Origin: an uncultured Planctomycetia bacterium
GTDB lineage: Bacteria; Omnitrophota; Gorgyraeia; Duberdicusellales; 4484-171
DNA length: 64,000 bases
Reading direction: 5' to 3'
Assembly (NCBI GenBank): GCA_964629655.1
Contig: CAZVQU010000001.1
Coordinates: forward strand, 292,056-356,055
The notes under the pieces were generated by a model, which saw nothing but the letters and a program-made list of their open reading frames with translations, did not search any database and was not told the origin of the DNA. Positions within the stretch are counted from its first letter, which is position 1, and each line of letters opens with the position of its first letter. This document shows, in pieces, positions 29,592 through 39,499 of the stretch. The position numbers were made by a program, and so were the translations under genes.

Positions 29592-30638
29592 TTAGTTTCT
29601 GCTTACTTTTTTTCCAAAGTAAACAAAAATCGAATCCCAGGACCAGCCGAGAAAAAAAATAAAAAGTGGTATGGCCCATATAAACAGTCTTTGAATAAAC
29701 CAATATTGAAAATAAATACATGCTAAAAAAAGTAAACCAATCGGTATAACAATTAAAATAGTGAAAAACATCGCTTGCTTAAGCCTCTGGCTATGCGGTA
29801 TAAACAAATTAATGACTATTCCCGGCAATAACAAATAAAATATTCTCCGCCCGGTAAGATTGCCGAATATACCCTTTAGTACAGAAATTACTCCTTTATG
29901 AATATACTCAAAAGTGTTATGTCCCATATGCAGATGTTTATGATTAGATAGCGACCAGAGCAACAGCGGTAAAGCAAACAATATTGCCATGCCGTAATGT
30001 TTCAGATGTTTCAAGAACATAACCCCAACTGTTTTATCCTTTCTGGATAGTAAAAGATGAAAAATATAAGAAAAAAATAACATAAATACGCTAAAAGGAT
30101 GAAATAGAATAGCTACAAAAATAAATACCGAGATAAGAATTCTTTTAATGGGTGGCGGCTTTACGCATTCAAAAATATACTGCATCACCAAAAATATTGC
30201 TATACTTAATGTGGCAAGAACACTATAGGGACGTATTTCAAACGCGTGACGAATTAAAGTATAGTTGGAAGCGAAAACGCTAAAGGTTATAAGATAAGCC
30301 CATGGCGTTTTAAAATACTTCCGGCATAACATATAAAGCAAGTAAAAACCCAAAAGCGTTATTATAATATGGGGAATTGCTAATCCCCATATATTTTCGC
30401 CAAACCATTGATAAAAAGGGTAAATCAATAGATAATCACCAAGGCCCTGCATTATTCCTACGGAAGAAGCAATCGCTGCCGAAAAAGATCCTTTCATGCT
30501 ATGTACCTGAGCCATCTCATCTTGCCATAAAGGACATATTCGCCGTTGATACCTTAGATGCATACCCCATATCGTAATTAATATAATAAAACTCATGGTA
30601 ACTATACGAAAATTATTTTGCCGTAAATAACGAATCAT
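29592..30638 (-). CDS. GT-C-fold (ArnT/PMT-like) integral membrane glycosyltransferase, short form
   Basis: About 9 TM helices. The first extracytoplasmic loop has PLWQDEMAQVHSM, resembling the ArnT/PMT DE motif region. Confidence 0.35.
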   Translation of the reverse strand: MIRYLRQNNFRIVTMSFIILITIWGMHLRYQRRICPLWQDEMAQVHSMKGSFSAAIASSVGIMQGLGDYLLIYPFYQWFGENIWGLAIPHIIITLLGFYLLYMLCRKYFKTPWAYLITFSVFASNYTLIRHAFEIRPYSVLATLSIAIFLVMQYIFECVKPPPIKRILISVFIFVAILFHPFSVFMLFFSYIFHLLLSRKDKTVGVMFLKHLKHYGMAILFALPLLLWSLSNHKHLHMGHNTFEYIHKGVISVLKGIFGNLTGRRIFYLLLPGIVINLFIPHSQRLKQAMFFTILIVIPIGLLFLACIYFQYWFIQRLFIWAIPLFIFFLGWSWDSIFVYFGKKVSRN

Positions 30639-30665
30639 CCAGCGCCTCCTTATTTTAAATAACCT

Positions 30666-31799
30666 CTACCAACCCGACTTTATTAGTTTTACAATATATT
30701 CTCGATCTTCCGGCGAAACCCACCAGCCACACGGTATACATAGCTCCGTACTCTGAAATTTAGAAACGTTCGCTAGCTCCTCTTTTGAATCTTGAAAACA
30801 TGTATAGATATCATTACGAACATGCAAAAGGCTGTTATGCACCCCGTACTCAGTCAACTTACGAGAAAGGCCGTCACGCCTTTCGGCAAAAAGCATAAAA
30901 ACCCACCATGCCGGTTCAATATCTTGCGTAATATCCGGCAAAGTAACACCGGGGGTACCTTTTAAATTCTCTAAATAAAAATTTGCATTATCTTTATGCT
31001 TACTAACAATGGCATCAATGTGTTTAAGTTGTTCTATGCCAATAGCAGCAGCTAAATTATTCATATGCATCTTATATCCGGCCTCAATAACATCGCAACC
31101 CCAACGGCTCCCACGCCAATTCCCCGCCGCATCCTTGGTAGCTTCTCTATCTATGCCGAACCATTTAAGCTTACAGCCGCGACGGTAATTATTTTCATCT
31201 AGAAAAGAAAGCGCGCCTCCATCACCAGTCGTAAGATGTTTAATGGCCTGAAAACTAAAACAAGTAAAATCTGAGATGGAACCGATACTCCTACCCTTAT
31301 ACTTTGCTCCAAAAGCCTGTGCAGCATCCTCAATAATTTTAATATTATATCTTCTACCAATAGTTTTGATTTTATCTAAATCCGCTGGAATACCTGCCCA
31401 ATCAACAAAAAGAATCGCCTTTGTTTTTTCGGTGATTAACTTTTCTATTTTTTCGGCATCAATATTACCGGTTTTAGGGTTAATATCACACCACACCGGT
31501 TTTGCAAAAAGATTATTTATCGGGGTATTAGTTGCCACACAAGTCATTGGGGTAGTTATCACCTCTGTTCCAGGACCAACCCCGGCAATATTTAATGCAA
31601 TAGTTAACGCGCTAGCGCAACTATTTGTAGCCATAGTCAACTGGTTCTCAAACTTATTTTTAAGCTGTTTCTCAAACTCTGTAACCTGGATTCCTTCGTT
31701 AATGAAACCGGAAAAAAGAACATTTTTCATCGGTTCCATAACGTCTGCCGGCATATGAACCTTAAAAAGAGGTATATTCATTATCATTTTATTCATCAT
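30666..31799 (-). CDS. DegT/DnrJ/EryC1/StrS-family PLP-dependent sugar aminotransferase
   Basis: Fold-type I AT layout; SFQAIKHLTTGDGG with the Schiff-base lysine; 377 aa. Confidence 0.8.
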   Translation of the reverse strand: MMNKMIMNIPLFKVHMPADVMEPMKNVLFSGFINEGIQVTEFEKQLKNKFENQLTMATNSCASALTIALNIAGVGPGTEVITTPMTCVATNTPINNLFAKPVWCDINPKTGNIDAEKIEKLITEKTKAILFVDWAGIPADLDKIKTIGRRYNIKIIEDAAQAFGAKYKGRSIGSISDFTCFSFQAIKHLTTGDGGALSFLDENNYRRGCKLKWFGIDREATKDAAGNWRGSRWGCDVIEAGYKMHMNNLAAAIGIEQLKHIDAIVSKHKDNANFYLENLKGTPGVTLPDITQDIEPAWWVFMLFAERRDGLSRKLTEYGVHNSLLHVRNDIYTCFQDSKEELANVSKFQSTELCIPCGWWVSPEDREYIVKLIKSGW

Positions 31800-31813
31800 T
31801 ACTTATCCTTTTT

Positions 31814-32767
31814 TTAAAAAGTATCGGCCTCTAGAAAAGAAAACTCCTGCATTCCCGTTTTACTAAATAACAACTTTTTATTTAGAAGTTTATACATAAT
31901 TAAGGAATCTCTTTTTATCCTCGAGTTAGAAAATTTTGAAAAACTGTTTTTAACAATCTTCTTGTCCACTCTTAAGCAATTAATATTCGCTATGCGAGAA
32001 ACGTGACTTAATAGAAGAGTTAAATAACTACTATTATTTTCTTTGGAAGCGTATTCAACTATATCAATAACTTTCCCGGGTGGTTGATTAATAACTTTAC
32101 AGCGAATATATGCTTTTATTTCTTGACCTTCTTCTATAACTAAAAATAGCCTTTTATCTTCATTAAAATGGGAAAACTGCATAATCCAATCTCTGAATCC
32201 TCTTACTGCCGGGCCAAAATAATCTTTAAAATAATCACCATAAATATCCATTACCGATAAAATATCCTTTTCAAAATTGAATCTTCTTACCTTTATCTTC
32301 TTGCTAGAAAGCTCTACTGGTTTTTTCTTCTTTGGCTTAAGCAGATAACGCTCTTTTTCAATTCCGATAAATCCTAATTTTTTGTAAAAATCAGGGATTT
32401 TAGTCAATAAAGTCAATAAACAAACCTTTTCCTTTCTAAGATTATGAATAACTTTCTTTAATAATTTTAAGCAATACCCTTTATTTCTATATTCAGGAAA
32501 AGTACAAATTGCTCCTAACCCGACGACTGATAACTTATCTCCGTAATAATGGATCTTCTGTCTAAACAAATGAACATGGCTTATCAACTTATTTTCTTTC
32601 GTTAATATATAAGTATTCCTCCTGGCATAAGAGATATCTCCCAATATCCTTTTCAAGAAATATACCCTGTTTACTCTCGGAAAACACCTTTGAAGCATAT
32701 CAAAAACAGCACCTACTTCATTGCTGTTTCTAGGATGTCTTATCTGATAATCCTTGCTCACTTGCAC
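31814..32767 (-). CDS. GNAT-family N-acetyltransferase with extra C-terminal domain
   Basis: LGAICTFPEYRNKGYCLKLLKKVI matches the GNAT motif A (R/QxxGxG/A) acetyl-CoA-binding region. Confidence 0.5.
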   Translation of the reverse strand: MQVSKDYQIRHPRNSNEVGAVFDMLQRCFPRVNRVYFLKRILGDISYARRNTYILTKENKLISHVHLFRQKIHYYGDKLSVVGLGAICTFPEYRNKGYCLKLLKKVIHNLRKEKVCLLTLLTKIPDFYKKLGFIGIEKERYLLKPKKKKPVELSSKKIKVRRFNFEKDILSVMDIYGDYFKDYFGPAVRGFRDWIMQFSHFNEDKRLFLVIEEGQEIKAYIRCKVINQPPGKVIDIVEYASKENNSSYLTLLLSHVSRIANINCLRVDKKIVKNSFSKFSNSRIKRDSLIMYKLLNKKLLFSKTGMQEFSFLEADTF

Positions 32768-34202
32768 TGCCCTCTAATCTTTCGTGAATAAAGTTTTTCA
32801 TATACCCATACCACTCTTTACTATTCTTACCCTGGCTTATGAATTCACTGCAAAGCTTACCCATCTCAATACTGTCATGAATATCATTATTTAAGAACAA
32901 ACCCTGCCGGCCAAGTGAATAGAGATTGGGGTACTTTTCAATAATACCTAAAATATGATTAAGCTTCTTGTCAAAGTTTAAATCATATACAGGATAAATA
33001 TCCCGAGCCTTCAAAGAGAAATAATCAATAGTATGGCTTTCCTCAATTCCTAAGCGCTTTAAGTCATTTAAAGCTAATCGGAAAAATTCCTCTTCCGGCA
33101 TATTCCAAGTTTCATCGCCACAATTACAAGCAATATCCAAAGAAATAACAGTCTTACCCGGCGGTGAAGATTCGGCATTAAGATTCTTTTGTTCGCTTAA
33201 ACGGTTGAAGCGAAAACAGGAATCTAATAAGTAAAACCAATGAACATCTGAAAAATAATCCTTATCCAATACCACATAAATAATCCTAATATCCCTGTAT
33301 TTAAGCTGCTTCGACAAATCCTTAAGCCTATCATCCTTCTGATTTATCGAAATATATTCACATAAATACTTCAAAGGAATGCTCGAAACCAAATAATCAA
33401 ACTCTTTATTTATCTCCTGCCCATTACGCTCAAAACAAATATTCTTCAAAGTACTCCCTTCTGCGCTTATATGCTTAATTTTTGTATTGAGAAAAATACT
33501 GTTGTTTTCAGCCCGTAGAATTTCCTCCTGCATCTTCTCAAAAAGAGTTCCAATTCCAAAACGCGGATATAAATCATAATATTCTTTAACTCCGCCCTCA
33601 AGCGTAGAATCCCCTATTCCCAACACTTTTAAGATGATTTTTAATAGATTCAATCTTAACAATTTTTGCTGGGCAAGTTTACGAGAAAGCTTAAAACCCG
33701 GCACCCCCCACATTTTTTCAGAATAATTGCCGAATGCTAAACGGTACAAGGTATGCCCGAAAGCGTCTATTCCCCAATCTTGAAAAGTTTGAAATTCTCT
33801 ATTTTTTGCAAAAACCCTTCTTATCCTTACAGACATATAATCAATAAAAATCTTGAAAGACAACAAAGGATTTATTTTTAAAAGCGCCTCTTTAATATTT
33901 AAAGGATATTCTAAATTCTTTCCGTCTAAGATTAACCGGGATCTACGCCTGACTTTATGGCAATCGTCTCCAATTAACCCCTTAACCAACGCAACGATTT
34001 CTTCCTTTTTGATATGGAAAGCATGCGGGCCATAATCAACGATATAATCTTTTATTTTAAAACTTGCTGAAGCGCCGCCAACACAATTAGCGCGTTCGAT
34101 TATCGAAACTTGATAACCGGCTTGAGAAAGATAATAAGCTGCTCCTAACCCGGCCGGGCCCGCGCCCAGTACGATTACTCTCTTTCTTTCTTGCATTCCC
34201 AT
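32730..34202 (-). CDS. FAD-dependent oxidoreductase, UDP-galactopyranose-mutase (Glf)-like fold
   Basis: KRVIVLGAGPAGLGAAYYL (GxGxxG), IIERANCVGGASASF...DYGPHAFH resembles the Glf ExRxxxGGN...GxHxFH region; 490 aa. Confidence 0.45.
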   Translation of the reverse strand: MGMQERKRVIVLGAGPAGLGAAYYLSQAGYQVSIIERANCVGGASASFKIKDYIVDYGPHAFHIKKEEIVALVKGLIGDDCHKVRRRSRLILDGKNLEYPLNIKEALLKINPLLSFKIFIDYMSVRIRRVFAKNREFQTFQDWGIDAFGHTLYRLAFGNYSEKMWGVPGFKLSRKLAQQKLLRLNLLKIILKVLGIGDSTLEGGVKEYYDLYPRFGIGTLFEKMQEEILRAENNSIFLNTKIKHISAEGSTLKNICFERNGQEINKEFDYLVSSIPLKYLCEYISINQKDDRLKDLSKQLKYRDIRIIYVVLDKDYFSDVHWFYLLDSCFRFNRLSEQKNLNAESSPPGKTVISLDIACNCGDETWNMPEEEFFRLALNDLKRLGIEESHTIDYFSLKARDIYPVYDLNFDKKLNHILGIIEKYPNLYSLGRQGLFLNNDIHDSIEMGKLCSEFISQGKNSKEWYGYMKNFIHERLEGSASEQGLSDKTS

Positions 34203-35935
34203 TTTAATCCATCCTTGTATTTATAAACCATTCCAAACAAACACCAAAAAGGGATTGCCCAATGAGGAAGTTCTAAAATCACCATGAAATTGCTAACAGT
34301 CATCCAGTATAACAAAACAGAAGTTAAAAAAATACCTTTAATATTACGAGTCCTGATAAATGCTACAACCATCTTGATGAACAGACCTACTACCGCAATA
34401 ATAAATAATATACCGCCAATTCCTGCTCTATATATCATGTGGATATAAGCATTATGCGGTTCAACCCAACCTACTCTTGTTTTCCAGCTTTCATCAAATC
34501 TTGATATTTCTAATTTCTTGGAACGAAATGGTTTGCCAAAATCTAAACCAAATATTTTTCTTTCTCTAAACAATTCCTCAAGCATATCCTGCCACATAAA
34601 CAAACGATAAAGAATATTTCCCAAATACATATTAGTGGGAACTATAACATTGTCGCCTTGAACCTGCCGGGAAATCGCATACTTCTCAGCAATCCAATCA
34701 ATCAGTTCTTTTTTATCAACTGTCTTAAGCTTACCTGCGGAAAATTCCTTTTCTTGAAACGGCTCTTTGTAAAGAATAAATTCTTTATCTTCAACTGCAG
34801 GATTAGTGGTAAAACTATATTGCCCATCATCACTATTGCTTGAAACAATACGCTCCTTAACTCCGCTTGCGGCCAGCTCAACCAGCCTACCCTTATCTAT
34901 ATTTTGGAGAATGCTTCTGACCTCTTCCTCATCCAGAAATTTAGCTTTAGATTCTGCGACAGGTTTAGGTTGAAGTTGAGGTTCAGGTTCGGGTTGGGGT
35001 CCAGATGGAGGTTGAGGTGAAACGTCAGTCGCGGACCAAAGCCAATAAGAATCATTCCTCTGATATACTCTTACTTTCGGATCAGCAAAACTAAAATATT
35101 TCTCTCTCGCTTTAATTCTCTCTACCTGCGCTTTATATGACCTAAAAATCGCTTTAATATCAACTAAGGATCTGGCAGCTGCTTTATTACCGCTAATACT
35201 CCAAAAGGCTATCACCAGTAATACAAAAAGAAACAGTAAGATTATTCTTTTGTGCATCGCCTTCAGATTAAGAAAATACCACACAATAACAACGGATAAA
35301 AATGTGTAGCCCACAAGGCTGCTCACTAACACATTTCTCCCTCCAAGAAGCGTAATAAGAAGATTAGTATAACAAATAACAACAAACGAAATGATTAAAA
35401 TGTATCTTAATTTTCTGCGTTTTATCTCCATGAAAAGCAATAATGTCAGCATGAGATATCCAAAGTAAAATGTCTTATAGCCCTGCCTTAAAAAAACAGT
35501 GATGATCAAAAGAGACAGTATTGTGTATCTTACGAACCTATTTTTAAAAAATTTGCTATCATAAAAATAATACCCGATAACTATAAATAACGGATAATAG
35601 AAAAGTGCCGCGTTCCTGAAAGCCAAGGGTCCCCATTCAAAATAACCGTAAAATGCCTTAAATAAAACGAACAGCATGTAAGCAAATAAAAGATAGTGCC
35701 AACGATTCAACTGTATTGGAGAATTTTTCCATTTTATAAAAAACATAATGATACAAAATCCGAGAAGCATTTCACCAACAAATATTGGAAAGTTTAGGAA
35801 AGGAAATTGTATATTTAATTCAGCAAAATTAGACCAAAAAATAGAGTAGCAATAACAAAAAACGCCAAGTATGGATAATACTGTCCAATCAATAATTCTA
35901 TTTATATTTACATTTTTTCCGCCCAGTTTTTCCAT
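34175..35935 (-). CDS. O-antigen ligase/polymerase-family membrane protein (Wzy_C domain) with Pro-rich periplasmic linker
   Basis: N- and C-terminal TM blocks flank a soluble loop. HNAYIHMIYRAGIGG matches the Wzy_C HNxxLxxxxExG motif. PQPPSGPQPEPEPQLQPKP linker. Confidence 0.5.
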   Translation of the reverse strand: MEKLGGKNVNINRIIDWTVLSILGVFCYCYSIFWSNFAELNIQFPFLNFPIFVGEMLLGFCIIMFFIKWKNSPIQLNRWHYLLFAYMLFVLFKAFYGYFEWGPLAFRNAALFYYPLFIVIGYYFYDSKFFKNRFVRYTILSLLIITVFLRQGYKTFYFGYLMLTLLLFMEIKRRKLRYILIISFVVICYTNLLITLLGGRNVLVSSLVGYTFLSVVIVWYFLNLKAMHKRIILLFLFVLLVIAFWSISGNKAAARSLVDIKAIFRSYKAQVERIKAREKYFSFADPKVRVYQRNDSYWLWSATDVSPQPPSGPQPEPEPQLQPKPVAESKAKFLDEEEVRSILQNIDKGRLVELAASGVKERIVSSNSDDGQYSFTTNPAVEDKEFILYKEPFQEKEFSAGKLKTVDKKELIDWIAEKYAISRQVQGDNVIVPTNMYLGNILYRLFMWQDMLEELFRERKIFGLDFGKPFRSKKLEISRFDESWKTRVGWVEPHNAYIHMIYRAGIGGILFIIAVVGLFIKMVVAFIRTRNIKGIFLTSVLLYWMTVSNFMVILELPHWAIPFWCLFGMVYKYKDGLKWECKKERE

Positions 35936-35978
35936 CGTAATTCACTCCTTCTTTTTTAAATCTGAATCCGCGTTAAAA

Positions 35979-36743
35979 TTACCCCAAACCTATTAGCGTA
36001 AGAACGTTTTTGCAGAATACTCGTAATAACTTTTTTATAAATAACCCCAATCCAACATATTTTCGCCGATAAAATTCACAGGGAACCAAATGATTCCTTT
36101 TAATCTTTGTCAATATACCCCTCGTAAGACTACTATTATTTTCCCTGTGTATAGCCAAAGGTTTATCAATGAACCCTATTTTATAAATACGAGCTATCCT
36201 TAACCAGTAATCATAGTCCTCTACCGCTTTTAACCGTATATCCTCATCAAACATTCCTATTTTATCGATAACTTCACGCCTTATCAAGACCGTAGAAGCA
36301 GCAATAGGGCAGAGCGATAAAAACAATTCCTTAAAAATAAATCCTTGTTTACTATTGTGAGGCACTAATTTTTCTTTAATTCCATCCTTCAACAGGCATT
36401 GTGTATATACAAGGCCTGTTTCTTTATCTTTGGACATTTTATCCACCTGCAATTTTAATTTTTCCGGCATCCATATATCATCATCGTCACAAAAAGCCAA
36501 ATATTCTCCTTTTGCTTTATTCATCCCATAATTTCTAGGGACAGCAGGTCTGTGACTGTGAGAAATTTCATAGTATTTCAGCCGTGAATCGTCAAATGCT
36601 CCTACTGTCATTCTGGTATCATTACAATAGCCGTCCGAGACAACTATTGCTTCTAAGTCAGAGTAGGTTTGATTAAGTACCGACTGTATCGTGTCCTTTA
36701 TTATCTTAGCGCGATTGTATGTCGGTATAATTACGGAAACCAA
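35979..36743 (-). CDS. Family 2 glycosyltransferase
   Basis: MVSVIIPTYNRAKIIKDTIQSVLNQTY...EAIVVSDG, DDDD block (FCDDDDIW). Confidence 0.7.
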   Translation of the reverse strand: MVSVIIPTYNRAKIIKDTIQSVLNQTYSDLEAIVVSDGYCNDTRMTVGAFDDSRLKYYEISHSHRPAVPRNYGMNKAKGEYLAFCDDDDIWMPEKLKLQVDKMSKDKETGLVYTQCLLKDGIKEKLVPHNSKQGFIFKELFLSLCPIAASTVLIRREVIDKIGMFDEDIRLKAVEDYDYWLRIARIYKIGFIDKPLAIHRENNSSLTRGILTKIKRNHLVPCEFYRRKYVGLGLFIKKLLRVFCKNVLTLIGLG

Positions 36744-36755
36744 TCTAGCTCCTTT

Positions 36756-38717
36756 CTATGCAAGTAGCCTCTCCCATCTATGTAGCGAATCATCAAAACA
36801 CCAATATTTCAAAATAAATTCTTTAATTTCTAAGAAGTTTTCTATCTTACTGTTACCCAGAGACTCTTCAACCGCCGACCTTAACTCCTCAGCGTTCCTC
36901 ACTTTTGAATAATATTTCTCAAATCCCTGTAACGGACTCATAAACATACTGTTATTAAAAACAGGCGTTATAACTTTACATCCAGTCATTAAAGCTTCCA
37001 AAGCAACGGTAGAATTGCCAACTATCACAACCTTAGCAGCCTCAAGTAAATCTTTCAACGACCTATCCTTAACTATCCGGCCGCGGTTGCTAATATCCAT
37101 GTTCACCTCATCTAATGTCTGTTTAAAAGGCAAACAAGGATGTTCTCTCAGCCAAACTTTAAACGCTGAAGGCTGAGGAAATGCTTCATAAAATAAAGAA
37201 ATTAATGCCTGGTCTTCTATTTTCTTTCCCCACCCCACAAGAAGCACTACATTCTTCTTTCTGGGAAAATCTTGTCTATTGAGATATTCATTTAAATATA
37301 AATATCGTATAGCTTCGACTTTTATAGCACGAGGATACCCATAATCTTTCATAACTTTCAATGGAACATCTCCATTACAAGCTAAAGCATCAGGCAGAGG
37401 CAACGAATCCATTTCACTCCGGTGATGAGAATAAGGAAAGAAATTTTTCGGTACAGAGCTATGTATAAAAGCTATTGTTTTTGTCCGCGGAGACACTATC
37501 TGTTTAGCGGAGCATAAAGCTTTCTCCCAAGCCTGCATTTCAGCATAATAAATACATTGATCAATTCCAGAGAAATAAGAAAACATGCTTTTAAACAACT
37601 CAAGATGTAAAATCCCCCTTACACCCACACCGCCCACAAAAGAATCACGCATTAATTTCTTAAGAAAAAAAGTTGACTCCGGGAGAGACAAATTCTTACA
37701 AAGAGTATCTTTGGAAGTTAATCTCTCTACCTTTAAGAAAATTAATGTTTGGCGTAACCATAAGAAAAATACTCTCAGCAATATTTTCAAAGACAAAAAT
37801 TCATAAAAAAGAAAATTTACCTCTCCGTTTCTCTGAAATTTCTCAGCCAGCATAACCGCATCAGCATAATTTTTTCTATACAAGTAATTATACATCCATA
37901 TCCATATAATTTTCTTATCCATCTTAAGAATCTTATCCTGGAGCCAAGGGGTATACTTATTCTTCAATACACCTTTCGTGGCCGCCTGTTCATCTACGGA
38001 CGGAAAATAACTAACAAACAAAATTGTCTTTTTAGGATTAGGGATTCTTGATTTAACAGGCCCCATAATCCATCTTGCTCTAAACGCACGGAAAGTGTAA
38101 ATAGCCAAATTTGCTAATCCTTTAAAAGCAGAGTTGAATATGGCGACATGGTTAAAATAAGGCTTTGCGCTTTGGTTAAATAAATTCCATCTCCGATAGA
38201 ACGGTTTAATGCTTAAGCCTTTAGTGGAGTTGCGGTTGCAAACCTTCTCCAACGCGGAGCAAAATAAAGAGTCCACAAAAGAAAAAATACATAAATCGAA
38301 AGCCCCTGATAGTATAATATTATCTATAGCTTGTAACTGGGCAATACGAAAAAAAATATCTGTTTTTAGAGAATTTTTCTCAGACAACAAAGAAAACCAC
38401 CAGGCGCTAACCCCGCTTCCCGGAAGAAAAAACCAATCTCTTATGGTTTTACCGCCTACAATAGACTTACCAAGAACAGACGACCACTCAGGAAGCCTCT
38501 CTCGTAATGTATCAACCTCTGAATCTACTAATTTAGCAGTTTCCTCGACCTTTACACTATCAGCGCCGATTGATTGGCAGAAACCTTTTATATCGCAAAT
38601 CAATTTTTGATTAGGCGTTAAAGGAAACAATACAATAGAGGCGGATTTTAACCGGCTTATTCTCTTTTGCAATAGCTTTACATTAATTTTCTGGTCAAAG
38701 GCTATTAAAACTCTCAT
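36756..38717 (-). CDS. Large GT-B-like capsule-biosynthesis-type protein (possible KpsC/KpsS/LpsZ 'Capsule_synth'-like or other retaining transferase)
   Basis: 653 aa with no TM. C-terminal ...KVVIVGNSTVALEALMTGCKVITP resembles the nucleotide-sugar-binding end of Capsule_synth/GT-B enzymes. Weak. Confidence 0.3.
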   Translation of the reverse strand: MRVLIAFDQKINVKLLQKRISRLKSASIVLFPLTPNQKLICDIKGFCQSIGADSVKVEETAKLVDSEVDTLRERLPEWSSVLGKSIVGGKTIRDWFFLPGSGVSAWWFSLLSEKNSLKTDIFFRIAQLQAIDNIILSGAFDLCIFSFVDSLFCSALEKVCNRNSTKGLSIKPFYRRWNLFNQSAKPYFNHVAIFNSAFKGLANLAIYTFRAFRARWIMGPVKSRIPNPKKTILFVSYFPSVDEQAATKGVLKNKYTPWLQDKILKMDKKIIWIWMYNYLYRKNYADAVMLAEKFQRNGEVNFLFYEFLSLKILLRVFFLWLRQTLIFLKVERLTSKDTLCKNLSLPESTFFLKKLMRDSFVGGVGVRGILHLELFKSMFSYFSGIDQCIYYAEMQAWEKALCSAKQIVSPRTKTIAFIHSSVPKNFFPYSHHRSEMDSLPLPDALACNGDVPLKVMKDYGYPRAIKVEAIRYLYLNEYLNRQDFPRKKNVVLLVGWGKKIEDQALISLFYEAFPQPSAFKVWLREHPCLPFKQTLDEVNMDISNRGRIVKDRSLKDLLEAAKVVIVGNSTVALEALMTGCKVITPVFNNSMFMSPLQGFEKYYSKVRNAEELRSAVEESLGNSKIENFLEIKEFILKYWCFDDSLHRWERLLA

Positions 38718-38749
38718 TATTTTTAAATTTTAATATTAACTAAAACTAC

Positions 38750-39499
38750 TCACAAACATCCGTTGGAAGCATACAGATAACACGAATGCTCTTTGGAAGC
38801 TTTTTCCATATTTAATTTGCCTCCGGCGCCTAACAATATAGGCAAACCGCCCGCAACATCCCAAAGCATTATGTCCTTTTCGTAATAAACATCGGATCTC
38901 CCTATTGCTACATACGCTATTGATAACGCGGCCGAACCTAAAAACCGAATCTTCTTATAAGAACGTACGTCTTCTATAAACTTTTGGATGCCGTCAGAAG
39001 AAAAATCTGTGTTTACCGGAAATCCGCTGCATAAAACAGCCTTGCTCTTCTGGGCGGTATTGCTCACTTTTACAGAAACATCATTAAGCCAAGCGCCAAT
39101 ATCCGCGATACCCGTGAATAACTCGAATCTGTTGAAATCATAAACAGCGCCCAATACAGGTGTATCTTTCTGCCAAAGGCCTATAGAAATACAGGAAAGA
39201 GGAATCCCCCGCTTATAATTTAAAGTACCGTCTAAAGGGTCAACAATCCAAGTGAATTCCTGATCAGCTCCTGAAATCAATCCACTCTCTTCGGAAAGAA
39301 TTGAAAAATTAGATTTTTTTTTCAAACAATCAAAAATAATCCGTTCAGATTCGGTGTCAGCCGCGATCTTGATATCCCGTCCAAGCTCCGCGTTAACCCT
39401 TTTACTTAATTGTTTATGTTCTGAAAGAAACGCCCCGGCCGAACAAACAGCCTCTTTAGCTATCTCTAACCAAGTTTTAACACCGGTTTCAGGCAACAT
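38750..39499 (-). CDS. Inositol-monophosphatase-superfamily phosphatase (IMPase/CysQ-like; possibly PAP 3'-nucleotidase)
   Basis: WIVDPLDGTLNY (metal-binding DPxDGT motif) plus the upstream EE and WxD blocks; 249 aa. Confidence 0.65.
   Translation of the reverse strand: MLPETGVKTWLEIAKEAVCSAGAFLSEHKQLSKRVNAELGRDIKIAADTESERIIFDCLKKKSNFSILSEESGLISGADQEFTWIVDPLDGTLNYKRGIPLSCISIGLWQKDTPVLGAVYDFNRFELFTGIADIGAWLNDVSVKVSNTAQKSKAVLCSGFPVNTDFSSDGIQKFIEDVRSYKKIRFLGSAALSIAYVAIGRSDVYYEKDIMLWDVAGGLPILLGAGGKLNMEKASKEHSCYLYASNGCL

Noticed and set aside
29527-29721. 64-aa minus-strand ORF overlapping the 3' end of the GT-C-like gene
   Set aside because: It overlaps 29592..30638 out of frame, is hydrophobic and low-complexity, and has no independent ribosome-binding context. 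Probably spurious.
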